A DNA stretch of 64,000 nucleotides, taken from contig CAVQFQ010000017.1 of NCBI GenBank assembly GCA_963711835.1, positions 192,001-256,000 of the forward strand. Direction: 5' to 3'. Source of the DNA: an uncultured delta proteobacterium (GTDB lineage: Bacteria > Desulfobacterota > RBG-13-43-22). Shown piece after piece: positions 39,996 through 49,632 of the stretch (the first letter of the stretch is position 1; each line of letters begins with the position of its first letter). The position numbers and the translations under genes are program-made. A model generated the notes under the pieces. That model made no database searches. It was not told the DNA's origin and worked only from the letters and a program-made list of their open reading frames with translations.

Positions 39996-40191
39996 CGCCC
40001 TTATATGCTTTGTTAATCGTGGTCGGAGAATTAGTTGTTGTATATCGGTATGTTAATTACCGATTTACAACATTGTCAATTAATTTCCTGACCAGTCCCG
40101 GGAAAGACCTTCAAGGTGAAAATGTCTTTATGCGTTCTGTCTTATGGAACGGCCATATGTTATCCTTCTTGGAAACAAAAGGAGGGTTGCC

Positions 40192-40874
40192 ATGGAAAAA
40201 CCGCCGCTTGTTTTCAGAAAGGACCATTTATTTGTCCGATATGGAAAAGACCTGCTGCTTATGGACACGGGGTCGCCTCAGAGTTTCGGTTCGCTGCCTT
40301 CCCTGACCATAGCCGGGAAACAATTCGAGAACCTTCCCGGCGATTTCCCCGGTGTCAATGTGGAGGAACTATCGCGGTTTATCGGGGTAAAGATGGCCGG
40401 TCTCCTGGGGACGGACGTGATGAACCAATTTGACGTCCTGATTGACATACCCGATGGGACCGTAACCTTCTCCGAATCGGAAATTAAATTCAAAGGCAGG
40501 AAAATCCCGATTGAAGGACTGGTGATGGGGGTCCCGATCATTACGGTCAAAATCAAGGGAAAGCCCTTTCGGATGTTTTTTGACACCGGGGCAAGCATTG
40601 CTTATTTGAACGGTGATATTTCGGACGGATTCCAGTACCTGGGGCAGGTCAGGGATTTCTACCCCACGGATGGCTGGTTCATGGCCGAGGTTTTCAACCT
40701 GGACTTCCTGGTCGGCAAGAATCCCTACAGGGTCAGGTGCGGCCTGCTGCCTGAAAAGCGGAAAAACTCCGCCGAGGGTTGGAAATTATGGGAGTCGCGG
40801 GCTTGATTGGAATTGATCTCTTCAAGGGAAGGCCAATCGGTTATTTCCCAAGAAGGAAACTGATCCTATTATAG
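40192..40874 (+). CDS. Two-domain retropepsin-like aspartyl protease; -1 frameshift in an A-tract (about 40757)
   Basis: LLMDTGS, GLLGTD, FFDTGAS; the shifted frame supplies GVAGLIGIDLF..FPRRKLILL*. Confidence 0.75.
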
Positions 40875-40906
40875 ACATTGAAAATAGGAAAGGGGGTTAG
40901 AAATAC

Positions 40907-40939
40907 TGTACTATAGCAAACTGACATGGGCCTGTCAGT
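40907..40939 (-). promoter_or_regulatory. Second copy of the WYL promoter/operator repeat, 190 bp upstream of the RM gene
   Basis: TGTACTATAGCAAACTGACATGGGCCTGTCAGT; one mismatch to 34605-34637. Confidence 0.8.
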
Positions 40940-41130
40940 AAGAATGCATAAGAAAAAATTTTTGAATTCCAGTTCAAACTATGCAAATCCTACTTTGAAA
41001 TATTTCTTTGTTTTTTAAGGTGTTATGGGGTGAAACAGGGTATTCGAATTTCATTCCTAAATATCCGCTTTTGCTATATAGTAGGTCTTTGAAGGTAAAA
41101 AAATGACCCAATGTTCAATGGGTTTTTGAC

Positions 41131-44100
41131 ATGACATCCGAGAAAAAGATCTGGCAACTTAATATTGAGAAGTTGGCGCAGGAGATCCTTTCCAAGACCC
41201 GCACGGCCAAAACAGAAGAGGACGTCAAAATGCGGGTGGAACCTATCTTGCGGCGGGCCTTTTCCGATATCGGTGTGGATGTCAATATTGTTGCTTACGA
41301 AAAGTCAACAAAGTTAACAGCCAAGCGTATGGATGCCGTTTATGGATATTTAATCATTGAATACAAAGGTCCTGGAAAATTAGATTCTCCTTCATCCCTC
41401 CGGAATGCCAAATTACAATTACAGACTTATCTGGAAGAAGAGGCCCAACGCCATGGCCCACACGAGGAATCATTTCTTGAGAAAGCAGTAGGCGTGGCCC
41501 TGGACGATCAACGGATCCTTTTCTCCCGTTACAGTAAAACTGCCCGGGTCCTTAACACGCCCGTACCCGTAGAACCCGACCAACGTCTCCTTTTTCCTGA
41601 GACTGTCCCCCAACGCGGTTTTCAATTTCAAGGACCTTTCCCAATCAGTGCTGCCAGTCTCAGCAGCCTCCTTATTTATGTCCGATCTGCAGCCCGCAGG
41701 CCGCTTACGGCGGAAGATTTAGCAACGGTCTTTGGACCGGATCATGAAGTGACCAGAGTCCTGATTTCTGAGCTTTACGCTGCGGCCATGCGCGGGCAGC
41801 GACGCAGCCAATTCCCCCGTGTTGCCACCTTCTATGGGGAATGGGATCGTATATTTGGGGTTGTTTATGGAGAAAAACTGGAGAAAGCCGAAAAAGCGGT
41901 CGAAGAGACTGCCCGTCTGTACAATCTGCCCACCGGTATCCGCTTGAAATCTCTTTTGTTCGCCATCCATACCTTTTATGCCCTGTTGATGAAACTGATC
42001 GCCATAGAGTTGTTGGCCCTTCAAAGGGACGTTCAGGTCACTTCGTTTGTTGAAGGACTGGCGTCCCAAAATGATGATGAGATCAAGGCGAAACTCTCTG
42101 AGCTTGAAAGTGGCCTGGGTTTCATTGATCGAGGGATTTCCAATTTCCTCGAGGCCGATTTCTTTTCCTGGTATTTGGACGTCTGGACGGGTAAGGTTGC
42201 TGCAAATATTCGCGGGATGATCCGGGCTTTGGCTGATTTTGAGCCGGCCACCCCTGTGCTGGAGCCGGATTGGACTCGAGACCTTCTTCAAAAACTTTAT
42301 GAACTTTTGGTCCCCAAGATACTGCGCCACGGACTCGGCGAGTATTACACACCTGACTGGCTGGCGGGGTATCTTATAGATAAAACCGGCTATAACGGGG
42401 TGATGGATAAACGTTTTCTCGATCCGGCCTGCGGCTCGGGGACTTTTTTAGTGCAGGCCATCCATCGGGCTTCACGTCAGGCCGAAAAGCAGAAAAATGT
42501 AGACGCAGGTGAAGTCGGGCGGGCTATCTTAAATAACATTATGGGTTTTGATCTTAACCCCTTAGCGGTGCTGGCCGCTCGCACCAACTACCTCATCGCC
42601 TTCTCTCGATTTCTGCCCTATGTCCGACCGGTTTCCATCCCGGTATTCCTTTGTGATTCCGTGGCGCCTCCCGACCGCGATCCGGAGGATCAAAAACAGA
42701 GAGAACTTTTCAGTCCGGACACGGTGGTCTTCCGAACCAAAGAACACGATTATATCTTCCCCATATCCATGAAAAACAAGGAACGAATCGACCGGTTTAC
42801 CTCTCTGGTCATGAATGGATTACGGGCCAAGATGGATATAGAACAATTTCAGCGTTTATTGACAGGGAAGATGGATCTGAATCCCGGTGAACTCATCCAT
42901 CTTGCTGAGGTTTATTCCCAGATCAAAAAATTGGATGATGAAAAACGTGATGGTATCTGGGCCCATTATATTAAAAATGCCTTTGCGCCTGTTTACGTCG
43001 GGCAGTTTGATTTTGTTATCGGAAATCCACCATGGATTCGTTGGGGATATCTTTCCGATGATTACCGCAAAGTCACACTCAAACTCTGGCAAAGTTATGG
43101 GTTGTTTTCCCTTAAAGGTCATGAAACCCGTCTTGGTGGGGGCGAAAAAGATTTTTCCATGCTCTTTACCTACGCCTGTGCCGACCGTTATCTCAAAGAC
43201 GGCGGTGTATTGGGCTTTGTTATCACCCAGGAGGTCTTCAAATCCAAAGGGGCAGGAGAGGGTTTCCGCCGCTTCCGTATCGGGGAGAATGGGCCGGGGC
43301 TAAAAATCCTTGGTATGGAAGACATGGTCCATCTGCAACCCTTTCAAGCAGCCAATAAGACCACCGTCTTTACTCTGGAAAAAGGGCAGGCCACCCGTTA
43401 CCCGGTGCCGGTTATTGAATGGCGGCGTAAACCCGGAGTCGGCCATATTTCACCTGAATGGCTGCTCCCGGAAGTGCTGGGGAAAACAGAGCGCACAATA
43501 ATGCGGGCCGTTCCGGTGGACTCCAATAATCCGGTTTCTTCCTGGCAGACCGCCAAAAACAGGGCTATTCTTCTGAGCGCCAAATTGAAAGGCAAGAACC
43601 AATATCTTGCTCGTCTTGGTGCCAGAGTCGAGCCATATGGTGTCTTTTGGTTGCGACTAAAAGAAGTCCGGCCGGACGGCAAATTGGTGGTGGAGAACCA
43701 GCACGACCGGGGGAAACGGGAAGTTAAGTTGCATTCATCCGCCATCGAACCCGATTTGGTCTATCCAGCGGTGAGCGGCGGCGACATTGTCCGCTTCGGC
43801 ATCAAAGAACCTTTCTATCTTCTAATCTCCCAGGACCCGGCAAAACGCAGACCTTTTCCGGAAGAGTGGATGTTGGATCATGTCCCCCTTACCTATGCTT
43901 ACCTTAAACAATTTGAGAAGGTCCTTTTGACCCGCGGCTCTAAGGTGGTGAAACAATTTGCCGATCGCACGGAGTTTTACGCCATGTTCGGCATCGGTGG
44001 ATATACTTTTGCCCGTTACCGAGTTGTCTGGAAACGCATGGCCGCCAAGATGTCGGCTGTGATCTTAAGCACCTTGAAGACCCCTTTTGGTACCAAACCG

Positions 44101-44415
44101 ATTATCGCTACGGACACCTGCTCCCTTTTTACCGCCAAAAACGCCGAGGAAGCCCACTATCTTTGCGCCATTCTGAACTCGACAATTGTCGGTGATTATA
44201 TTCGCAGCTTTTCTTCCGGGGGCCGTGGGTTTGGCGCACCTTCGGTATTCAAGAACCTGGCTATACCACTCTATGACGCCCGAAATAAAATCCACTTTAA
44301 ACTAAGCAATCTTTCCCAAAAGGCTCATCATGGCGTCGAACGGGGCCATGACATCTCTGAATTTGAGAAAGAAATCAATCGAACTTCCGAGGAATTATGG
44401 AATTTAAAACCCTGA
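41131..44415 (+). CDS. Type IIG/IIC-like fused restriction endonuclease / N6-adenine methyltransferase
   Basis: N-terminal RMDAVYGYLIIEYK nuclease motif, GEYYTP, FLDPACGSGTFL, IGNPPW; TaqI_C-like YLCAILNS. Confidence 0.9.
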   Translation: MTSEKKIWQLNIEKLAQEILSKTRTAKTEEDVKMRVEPILRRAFSDIGVDVNIVAYEKSTKLTAKRMDAVYGYLIIEYKGPGKLDSPSSLRNAKLQLQTYLEEEAQRHGPHEESFLEKAVGVALDDQRILFSRYSKTARVLNTPVPVEPDQRLLFPETVPQRGFQFQGPFPISAASLSSLLIYVRSAARRPLTAEDLATVFGPDHEVTRVLISELYAAAMRGQRRSQFPRVATFYGEWDRIFGVVYGEKLEKAEKAVEETARLYNLPTGIRLKSLLFAIHTFYALLMKLIAIELLALQRDVQVTSFVEGLASQNDDEIKAKLSELESGLGFIDRGISNFLEADFFSWYLDVWTGKVAANIRGMIRALADFEPATPVLEPDWTRDLLQKLYELLVPKILRHGLGEYYTPDWLAGYLIDKTGYNGVMDKRFLDPACGSGTFLVQAIHRASRQAEKQKNVDAGEVGRAILNNIMGFDLNPLAVLAARTNYLIAFSRFLPYVRPVSIPVFLCDSVAPPDRDPEDQKQRELFSPDTVVFRTKEHDYIFPISMKNKERIDRFTSLVMNGLRAKMDIEQFQRLLTGKMDLNPGELIHLAEVYSQIKKLDDEKRDGIWAHYIKNAFAPVYVGQFDFVIGNPPWIRWGYLSDDYRKVTLKLWQSYGLFSLKGHETRLGGGEKDFSMLFTYACADRYLKDGGVLGFVITQEVFKSKGAGEGFRRFRIGENGPGLKILGMEDMVHLQPFQAANKTTVFTLEKGQATRYPVPVIEWRRKPGVGHISPEWLLPEVLGKTERTIMRAVPVDSNNPVSSWQTAKNRAILLSAKLKGKNQYLARLGARVEPYGVFWLRLKEVRPDGKLVVENQHDRGKREVKLHSSAIEPDLVYPAVSGGDIVRFGIKEPFYLLISQDPAKRRPFPEEWMLDHVPLTYAYLKQFEKVLLTRGSKVVKQFADRTEFYAMFGIGGYTFARYRVVWKRMAAKMSAVILSTLKTPFGTKPIIATDTCSLFTAKNAEEAHYLCAILNSTIVGDYIRSFSSGGRGFGAPSVFKNLAIPLYDARNKIHFKLSNLSQKAHHGVERGHDISEFEKEINRTSEELWNLKP

Positions 44416-45248
44416 CACCCAAAGATCCGCAATATCCGAAGAAGCTATTGAAACGCTTGGGGGCGGAAGCGCCGATATTATATTTCCACGGCCCTCTGAA
44501 ACTGTTGGACCGCTTCACGATGGCCGTGATTTGCGCCGATCTACACGACGGCCATGCCATGCTGGCGGCCAATGACATGCTTTTCAAAATACGCGAATAT
44601 GCGCTTAATTACATTGGACCCTGGCATGCGATAATGGAAACGGAAATCTTTCGACTAGCTTTGGACACGCCAACCGACCCTGATCGTCGGCGTTCCTTGA
44701 CTATATGCACGGCCAGGGGTCTGTCTCGGGAAAACTGGGACAATTTTTTGGGGGATCGTTTCGGGTATCAGGGGCCATTCACCGGTTTTCCCCAAAAGGA
44801 CGAATTTTATCGCCGGGCCAGCGAGGAGGAGCTGCTTTGGCTTTCGATTACCGAACCCGATTTAAAACGCTTTGAACGGCGAAATATTCTTTTACGAAAT
44901 TGGGTGGCTTGTGCCTTGGCCGATGTGGTTTTTGTCCCTTATGCGGAGAAAGGGAATAAAACTTTGATTACAGTAAAAAAGGTAGTCGAAGCCGGTATAC
45001 CAATTTTCACTGTTGATCACGAGGTCTGCAAAGACCTCTATAATTTGGGTCTGCCGGGTTTTTCGCGAAAGACCATCGGTGCCTATTTGGAATCCCTTGG
45101 GGCACGAAAAGATGACCCCCCTCCTTTTTCGCCTCGAGATATGAACACATCTCCTGAAAATTTGGAATTACCACCTGCATTGATAAGTAAACCCCGCCAA
45201 TTATCTCTTTTGGAGAAAATGGAGCATCCAACAAACAATCAAAAATAA
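44397..45248 (+). CDS. DprA/Smf (SLOG)-like Rossmann-fold protein coupled to the RM gene
   Basis: DPQYPKKL..RLGAEAPILYFHGPLKLL, ICTARGL, RNWVACALADVVFVPYAEKG.KT; overlaps the RM stop by 19 nt; GAGGA RBS. Confidence 0.7.
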   Translation: MEFKTLTPKDPQYPKKLLKRLGAEAPILYFHGPLKLLDRFTMAVICADLHDGHAMLAANDMLFKIREYALNYIGPWHAIMETEIFRLALDTPTDPDRRRSLTICTARGLSRENWDNFLGDRFGYQGPFTGFPQKDEFYRRASEEELLWLSITEPDLKRFERRNILLRNWVACALADVVFVPYAEKGNKTLITVKKVVEAGIPIFTVDHEVCKDLYNLGLPGFSRKTIGAYLESLGARKDDPPPFSPRDMNTSPENLELPPALISKPRQLSLLEKMEHPTNNQK

Positions 45249-45289
45249 GTTTAAACGTTTCCCAAAAAAGGAGACACGAACTTCTCGCT

Positions 45290-46390
45290 TTAACTCTGCT
45301 GAAGGCGTTTAAGTTTGTCCTCCAGATCCGCTTTGGCCTGGGCCCTCGTTTGGGCCCGCAGGGCATGGGCCTCCATGGTATTTTTGGGAACCGGGGTCTG
45401 CAAGGCCTCCGGTTTGCGCTCCAGCATCAGGGCTCCCTCAGGGCAGGTGGAGACACAGAGCCCGCAGCCGATGCAGCGGTCGGCATCCAGCAGCACCCGC
45501 CCGTCCTCCATGGCCAACGCCCCCATCTGGCAACGGTCCAGGCAGATTTCGCAGCCCAGGCAGGCCTCCGGATCGGCTTTCGCGACGAAAGGAGAGGAAA
45601 CGATCAGACCTGGCTTGGGGTGCCTCTTGAGGTTAATGAGTATCTGGCAGCAATCGCCGCAACACAGACAGATATTGACGATCTCCTGGGCATTGCTCGG
45701 CTGCAGGACCAGGCCATCTTCTTCGGCCCGTTTGAGGATAGAAAGCGCCTCCTCCGCTTCAATGACCCGGCCCAGCTTGTTGCGCTGGTAGTAATCAGCC
45801 CCCCAGCCGAAGATCAGGCAGGCCTCCATCAATTTATCGCAGCCGTCACCTTTCAATTGGTGCTCGCGGCGGCAGATGCAGGGGGCCACCAGGATTTTTT
45901 TCTGCCTCCTGATCAGTCCCTCGGCCTGCTCATAGGGCAATATCTTCATATCGGCGGTCAGGCTCTTGCCCACCGGGATAGTTCGAAGCTGGGGGACATG
46001 GTCAAAGGCTTCCCTGGCCAGAACCGGGAAATATTCGTCCATATCCTTGATGAAATCCTTATCCAGATTATTCAGGTGGTATTCCCAGATGCCCACCAAG
46101 AACTGAGCGGCCATGTAGGCTGGCGGCCGGTCCGGCACCTCAATGCTGAAGATCAAGCCCTTCCGGGCCATTTCGTGAAGACTGGAAGAAACGGTCTCAT
46201 AATCCCGGCCAAGCCTTTCGGCGATGGCCTCAGCGGTTTCCAGCTTCAGACTCAGCTTCTGGGCCAGTTCGGCCTCTTCGGGCGTGAACAACCGTTTGAG
46301 GATTCGAAGCTCCACTTTCGAATCAGTGGCCGGGAATCCTCCCGGCAGGCGGTCAAGATGCTCTCTCAATTTTTCGTAAAGGGGTTCCAT
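45290..46390 (-). CDS. 4Fe-4S dicluster protein with an N-terminal HTH-like region
   Basis: CICR, ICLCCGDCC, CLGCEICLDRC and CIGCGLCVSTCP. Confidence 0.88.
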   Translation of the reverse strand: MEPLYEKLREHLDRLPGGFPATDSKVELRILKRLFTPEEAELAQKLSLKLETAEAIAERLGRDYETVSSSLHEMARKGLIFSIEVPDRPPAYMAAQFLVGIWEYHLNNLDKDFIKDMDEYFPVLAREAFDHVPQLRTIPVGKSLTADMKILPYEQAEGLIRRQKKILVAPCICRREHQLKGDGCDKLMEACLIFGWGADYYQRNKLGRVIEAEEALSILKRAEEDGLVLQPSNAQEIVNICLCCGDCCQILINLKRHPKPGLIVSSPFVAKADPEACLGCEICLDRCQMGALAMEDGRVLLDADRCIGCGLCVSTCPEGALMLERKPEALQTPVPKNTMEAHALRAQTRAQAKADLEDKLKRLQQS

Positions 46391-46406
46391 GTCACATCCT
46401 CCTTGA

Positions 46407-47120
46407 TTACTTCGGGGCCGTGGCGTTGGGCTTGACCGAGACGGTTATGGGGAGGGATAATTTGAAGACTACCTCCGAACCGGTTTTGTAGGTGAGTTCT
46501 TCTTTGCCGGTCACATAAGCCAGAACCGCCCCGGTTCCGCCACCAAGTCCGATCCCGATTATAGCCCCGGAAATCTGGCCTAAGGCCGATCCGATTCCGG
46601 CGCCCAGGATGGCCCCGCCCCCGATAAGCCCTATATTGCGTAACAGATGAGCCCGGCCTTGTTTTAGGACCGGTTCGGTGGCCAGGACATAGGCCGATTG
46701 GTCAGGCAGGGTCACCCGGTTTAATCGGATTTCCAGGAAGGCTGTCCCCTGAAAGCGGCTCGATTCTATAACCCGGGAGAGAAATCCTTCAAATTGAGCC
46801 CCCACCGGCACCAGCACCTGACCGCCCAGCATGATGGGGTCTTTCAGGGAAGCGCTAAAGGATTGGCCGGTTTTGTTTTTCGAGGAGCTGAGGGCCTGGT
46901 TCATGGTCACTTTGAATGAGGTCCCTGAGGGCACCGTAATCTGGATGGTTTCCGGAATAGGACCCTTCGGGACTCCCTTCTGAGGGGCCGCTTTAGTCGG
47001 TTTTCCGCCTTTGCTCCCCATGGCCTGAAGGGCCAGGGGATTCGAAAGAGAAAATATGAAAAAGGAGATGATTAAAAGAACAGGGTGAATTTTAAGGATT
47101 CTCATCTTATTCCTTTTCAA
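46407..47120 (-). CDS. Exported protein with a glycine-zipper
   Basis: Signal peptide; VPSGT..LSS..GQ.F; IGGGAILGAGIG..GAIIG repeats. Confidence 0.7.
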   Translation of the reverse strand: MKRNKMRILKIHPVLLIISFFIFSLSNPLALQAMGSKGGKPTKAAPQKGVPKGPIPETIQITVPSGTSFKVTMNQALSSSKNKTGQSFSASLKDPIMLGGQVLVPVGAQFEGFLSRVIESSRFQGTAFLEIRLNRVTLPDQSAYVLATEPVLKQGRAHLLRNIGLIGGGAILGAGIGSALGQISGAIIGIGLGGGTGAVLAYVTGKEELTYKTGSEVVFKLSLPITVSVKPNATAPK

Positions 47121-47134
47121 TTGGTATCCAATGA

Positions 47135-48289
47135 CTATCCCAAGCCATATTCCCTGGCAATGATAACCTGTAATATCTCGGAGGTGCCCCCGCCGAAGAG
47201 CAGGAATCGGGTGTCCCGGTAGAAACGCTGGACCGGGTATTCCATGGAATAGCTGTAGGCCCCGTAAATTCGGGTGGCTTCATCGGCGGCCCGGCAGGCC
47301 GTTTCCGAGGCGAAAAACTTGGCCATGGAGGCCTCTTTCATGCAGGGAATCCCCTGATCGAGCATTCGGGTGGTATTGTAGACCATCAGCCGTGAGGCCT
47401 CGATCTCGGTGGCCATCTTGGCGATCTTGCTCTGGACAAGCTGGAACTGGCCGATGGGTTGGCCAAACTGGGTCCGTTCCTTGGCATACTGGAGGGAGGC
47501 GTCAAAGGCCGCCCGGGCCAGGCCTAAACTCAAGGCTGCGGTCATGGTTCGGATCTCGGAGAGGATTTTCATCAGGTTGGCCAGGCCGCGGCCTTCTTCT
47601 CCGAGCCTGTTTTCTATTGGGATGCGGCAGTTTTCAAAGGCAATCTCGGAGATCTCCGTTCCCCAGGTCCCCAGTTTATCGAATTTTTTGCTGATGGAAA
47701 AACCGGGTGTTCCCCGCTCGACCAGGAAAAAGTTCATGCCCCGGAATCCCTTGCTCCGATCCGTCTGGGCCAGCACCGTAAAGAAGTCCGCCACCGGCGC
47801 ATTGGTGATCCAGGTCTTCATGCCGTTTAAGACCCAGCCGTCCTGGGTCCATTCCGCCTGGGTCCGAATGCCGGCCAGGTCCGTAGCCGCATCGGGCTCA
47901 GTCAAGGCAAAGGCAGCCACCTTTTCTCCGGCCATGGCCGGCAGAAACAATCGCTGATAATGGTCTTCGGTTCCAAAATGAAAGAGGAAGTTGGTGCCCA
48001 TAAGACATTGCATGGCCGTGACGGCCGCCACACTCATGGAACCCCGGGCCAATTCTTCGCACATGATACAGAACAGGGTGCTGTTGCCGCCGGCCCCATT
48101 CCGTTCCCGGGGGTAGCGCATTCGGAAGGCTCCCATCTTGCCCAAGGTCCGAAAAATCTCAAAAGGGAAGGATTTGTTGTCGTCAATTTCCTTAGCCCGG
48201 GGGATAAGTTCCCGATCAACAAAACGGGCCATGTTTTTCCGTAAGAGCGCTTCGGCAGAAGGTCGGATAAGCTGCGGCTGGGGTTTCAT
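47135..48289 (-). CDS. Acyl-CoA dehydrogenase
   Basis: FALTEPDAATD, NGMKTWITNA, RTQFGQPI and GGGTSEI. Confidence 0.95.
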   Translation of the reverse strand: MKPQPQLIRPSAEALLRKNMARFVDRELIPRAKEIDDNKSFPFEIFRTLGKMGAFRMRYPRERNGAGGNSTLFCIMCEELARGSMSVAAVTAMQCLMGTNFLFHFGTEDHYQRLFLPAMAGEKVAAFALTEPDAATDLAGIRTQAEWTQDGWVLNGMKTWITNAPVADFFTVLAQTDRSKGFRGMNFFLVERGTPGFSISKKFDKLGTWGTEISEIAFENCRIPIENRLGEEGRGLANLMKILSEIRTMTAALSLGLARAAFDASLQYAKERTQFGQPIGQFQLVQSKIAKMATEIEASRLMVYNTTRMLDQGIPCMKEASMAKFFASETACRAADEATRIYGAYSYSMEYPVQRFYRDTRFLLFGGGTSEILQVIIAREYGLG

Positions 48290-49479
48290 AAGGCCCTCTC
48301 TTTTTGAACGGCCTTGGTCAAGGCCGGGACAATATCCTGGAGGTCTCCCACAATCCGGTAATCGGCAATTTCAAAGATAGGCGCCAGGGGATCCTTATTG
48401 ACGGCGATAATATATTTGGAATTCTGCATGCCGGCTTTATGCTGGATGGCCCCGGAAATACCGCAGGCAATATAAAGATCGGGATGGACGCTCTGGCCGG
48501 TCTGCCCCACCTGGCGTTCAGCCGGGACCCAGCCCGATTCAACGGCCACCCGGGACCCGGCCACCTCCCCGCCCAGGGCCTCGGCCAAGGCCTGAAGGGC
48601 CTTGACCCCTTTCTCGGAACCCAGCCCGCGGCCGCCGGCCACGATGACCCTGGCCTGGGAGAAATCCACCCGCCGCTTCTTTTCCTTGACGATCTCCACC
48701 AGCCTGGTGGTTAAATCCTTTTTTTTCAGGAGCGGTTTAAAGGGGATGAGCTCCCCTTTCCGGGTCCGGTCAGGCGGCAAGGCTTTCATAATTCCGGGAC
48801 GAACACTGGCCATCTGGGGCCGGCTCCGCCGGCTGAGAATGGTGGCCATGACATTGCCCCCGAAGGCCGGTCGGGTTTGCAGGAGATGCCCTTCCTTCGG
48901 ATCAATGGACAATTCCGTACAATCGGCCGTTAGACCCAGTTCCAATCGCCGGGCCAGACGGGGAGCCAGATCGCGGCCGATATGGGTGGCACCGACTAAA
49001 AAAATGCCGGGCTTGTGCCCTGCCAGCAATTCAGCCAGAACGGTGGCATAGGGATTGGTCTGATAATGACCCAGGTAAGGATGTTCAGCCAGATAGACCT
49101 TTTGTGCCCCGCCGGCGATTAATTCACGGCTCAGGGCTTTGACCTTATCCCCTAAGAGAACGGCGGAGACCTCCTGGTTTAATTCCCGGGCCAACCGGGC
49201 CCCACATCCCAATAACTCCAGGGAGACCGGATGCAGTCGGCCTTCCCGTTGTTCGGCGAAAACCCACACGCCTTGATAGGCGCTAAAGTCCGGGATAGGG
49301 AGTTCGGCCAGGTCCGATGAAATGGCCTTTTGTTTGCAACTTTCAATGCACGCCCCGCAATAGATGCAGCGGTCCGTTAGAACAGCGACCTGGCCGTCAA
49401 TGTTCACTCCCCCATAGGAGCAGGCCTTAAGACAGCGCCGGCAGGCATTACATTTTGAAGGGTCTATGAATATGGCCAT
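48286..49479 (-). CDS. etfA: Electron transfer flavoprotein alpha with an N-terminal 2x[4Fe-4S] domain
   Basis: CNACRRC..CIYCGAC; GGRG, QVGQTG and GISGAIQH. Confidence 0.95.
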   Translation of the reverse strand: MAIFIDPSKCNACRRCLKACSYGGVNIDGQVAVLTDRCIYCGACIESCKQKAISSDLAELPIPDFSAYQGVWVFAEQREGRLHPVSLELLGCGARLARELNQEVSAVLLGDKVKALSRELIAGGAQKVYLAEHPYLGHYQTNPYATVLAELLAGHKPGIFLVGATHIGRDLAPRLARRLELGLTADCTELSIDPKEGHLLQTRPAFGGNVMATILSRRSRPQMASVRPGIMKALPPDRTRKGELIPFKPLLKKKDLTTRLVEIVKEKKRRVDFSQARVIVAGGRGLGSEKGVKALQALAEALGGEVAGSRVAVESGWVPAERQVGQTGQSVHPDLYIACGISGAIQHKAGMQNSKYIIAVNKDPLAPIFEIADYRIVGDLQDIVPALTKAVQKERAL

Positions 49480-49499
49480 ATTGGTCTCCTAAATACCCT

Positions 49500-49630
49500 A
49501 AATTCGAAATCCGAAGCACGAAATCCAAAACAAGCACGAATTTTCAAAATCTAAATTATTCAAACTTGGCCGCTCGTGTTTTGATATTGAGTCATTTGGA
49601 TTTGTTTCGGATTTCGAGATTCGAGTTTAT
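49500..49630. repeat. Imperfect palindromic element with heptamer-like (CGAAATC) units between etfB and etfA
   Basis: AAATTCGAAATCCGAAGCACGAAATCCAAAACAA pairs with TTGTTTCGGATTTCGAGATTCGAGTTT. Confidence 0.7.
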
Positions 49631-49632
49631 TT

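Noticed and set aside
39725-40306. 193-aa + strand ORF
   Set aside because: Antisense to the ATPase remnants, with non-protein-like composition.
33031-40900. Integron cassette array
   Set aside because: No integrase; genes lie on both strands; only isolated GTTAG/CTAAC words (e.g. about 35584, 40896) without paired attC boxes.
45350-46435. Long antisense ORFs (also 24964-25896, 20310-21053, 5168-5905, 17939-18688)
   Set aside because: Shadow frames of well-supported genes in GC-rich DNA.
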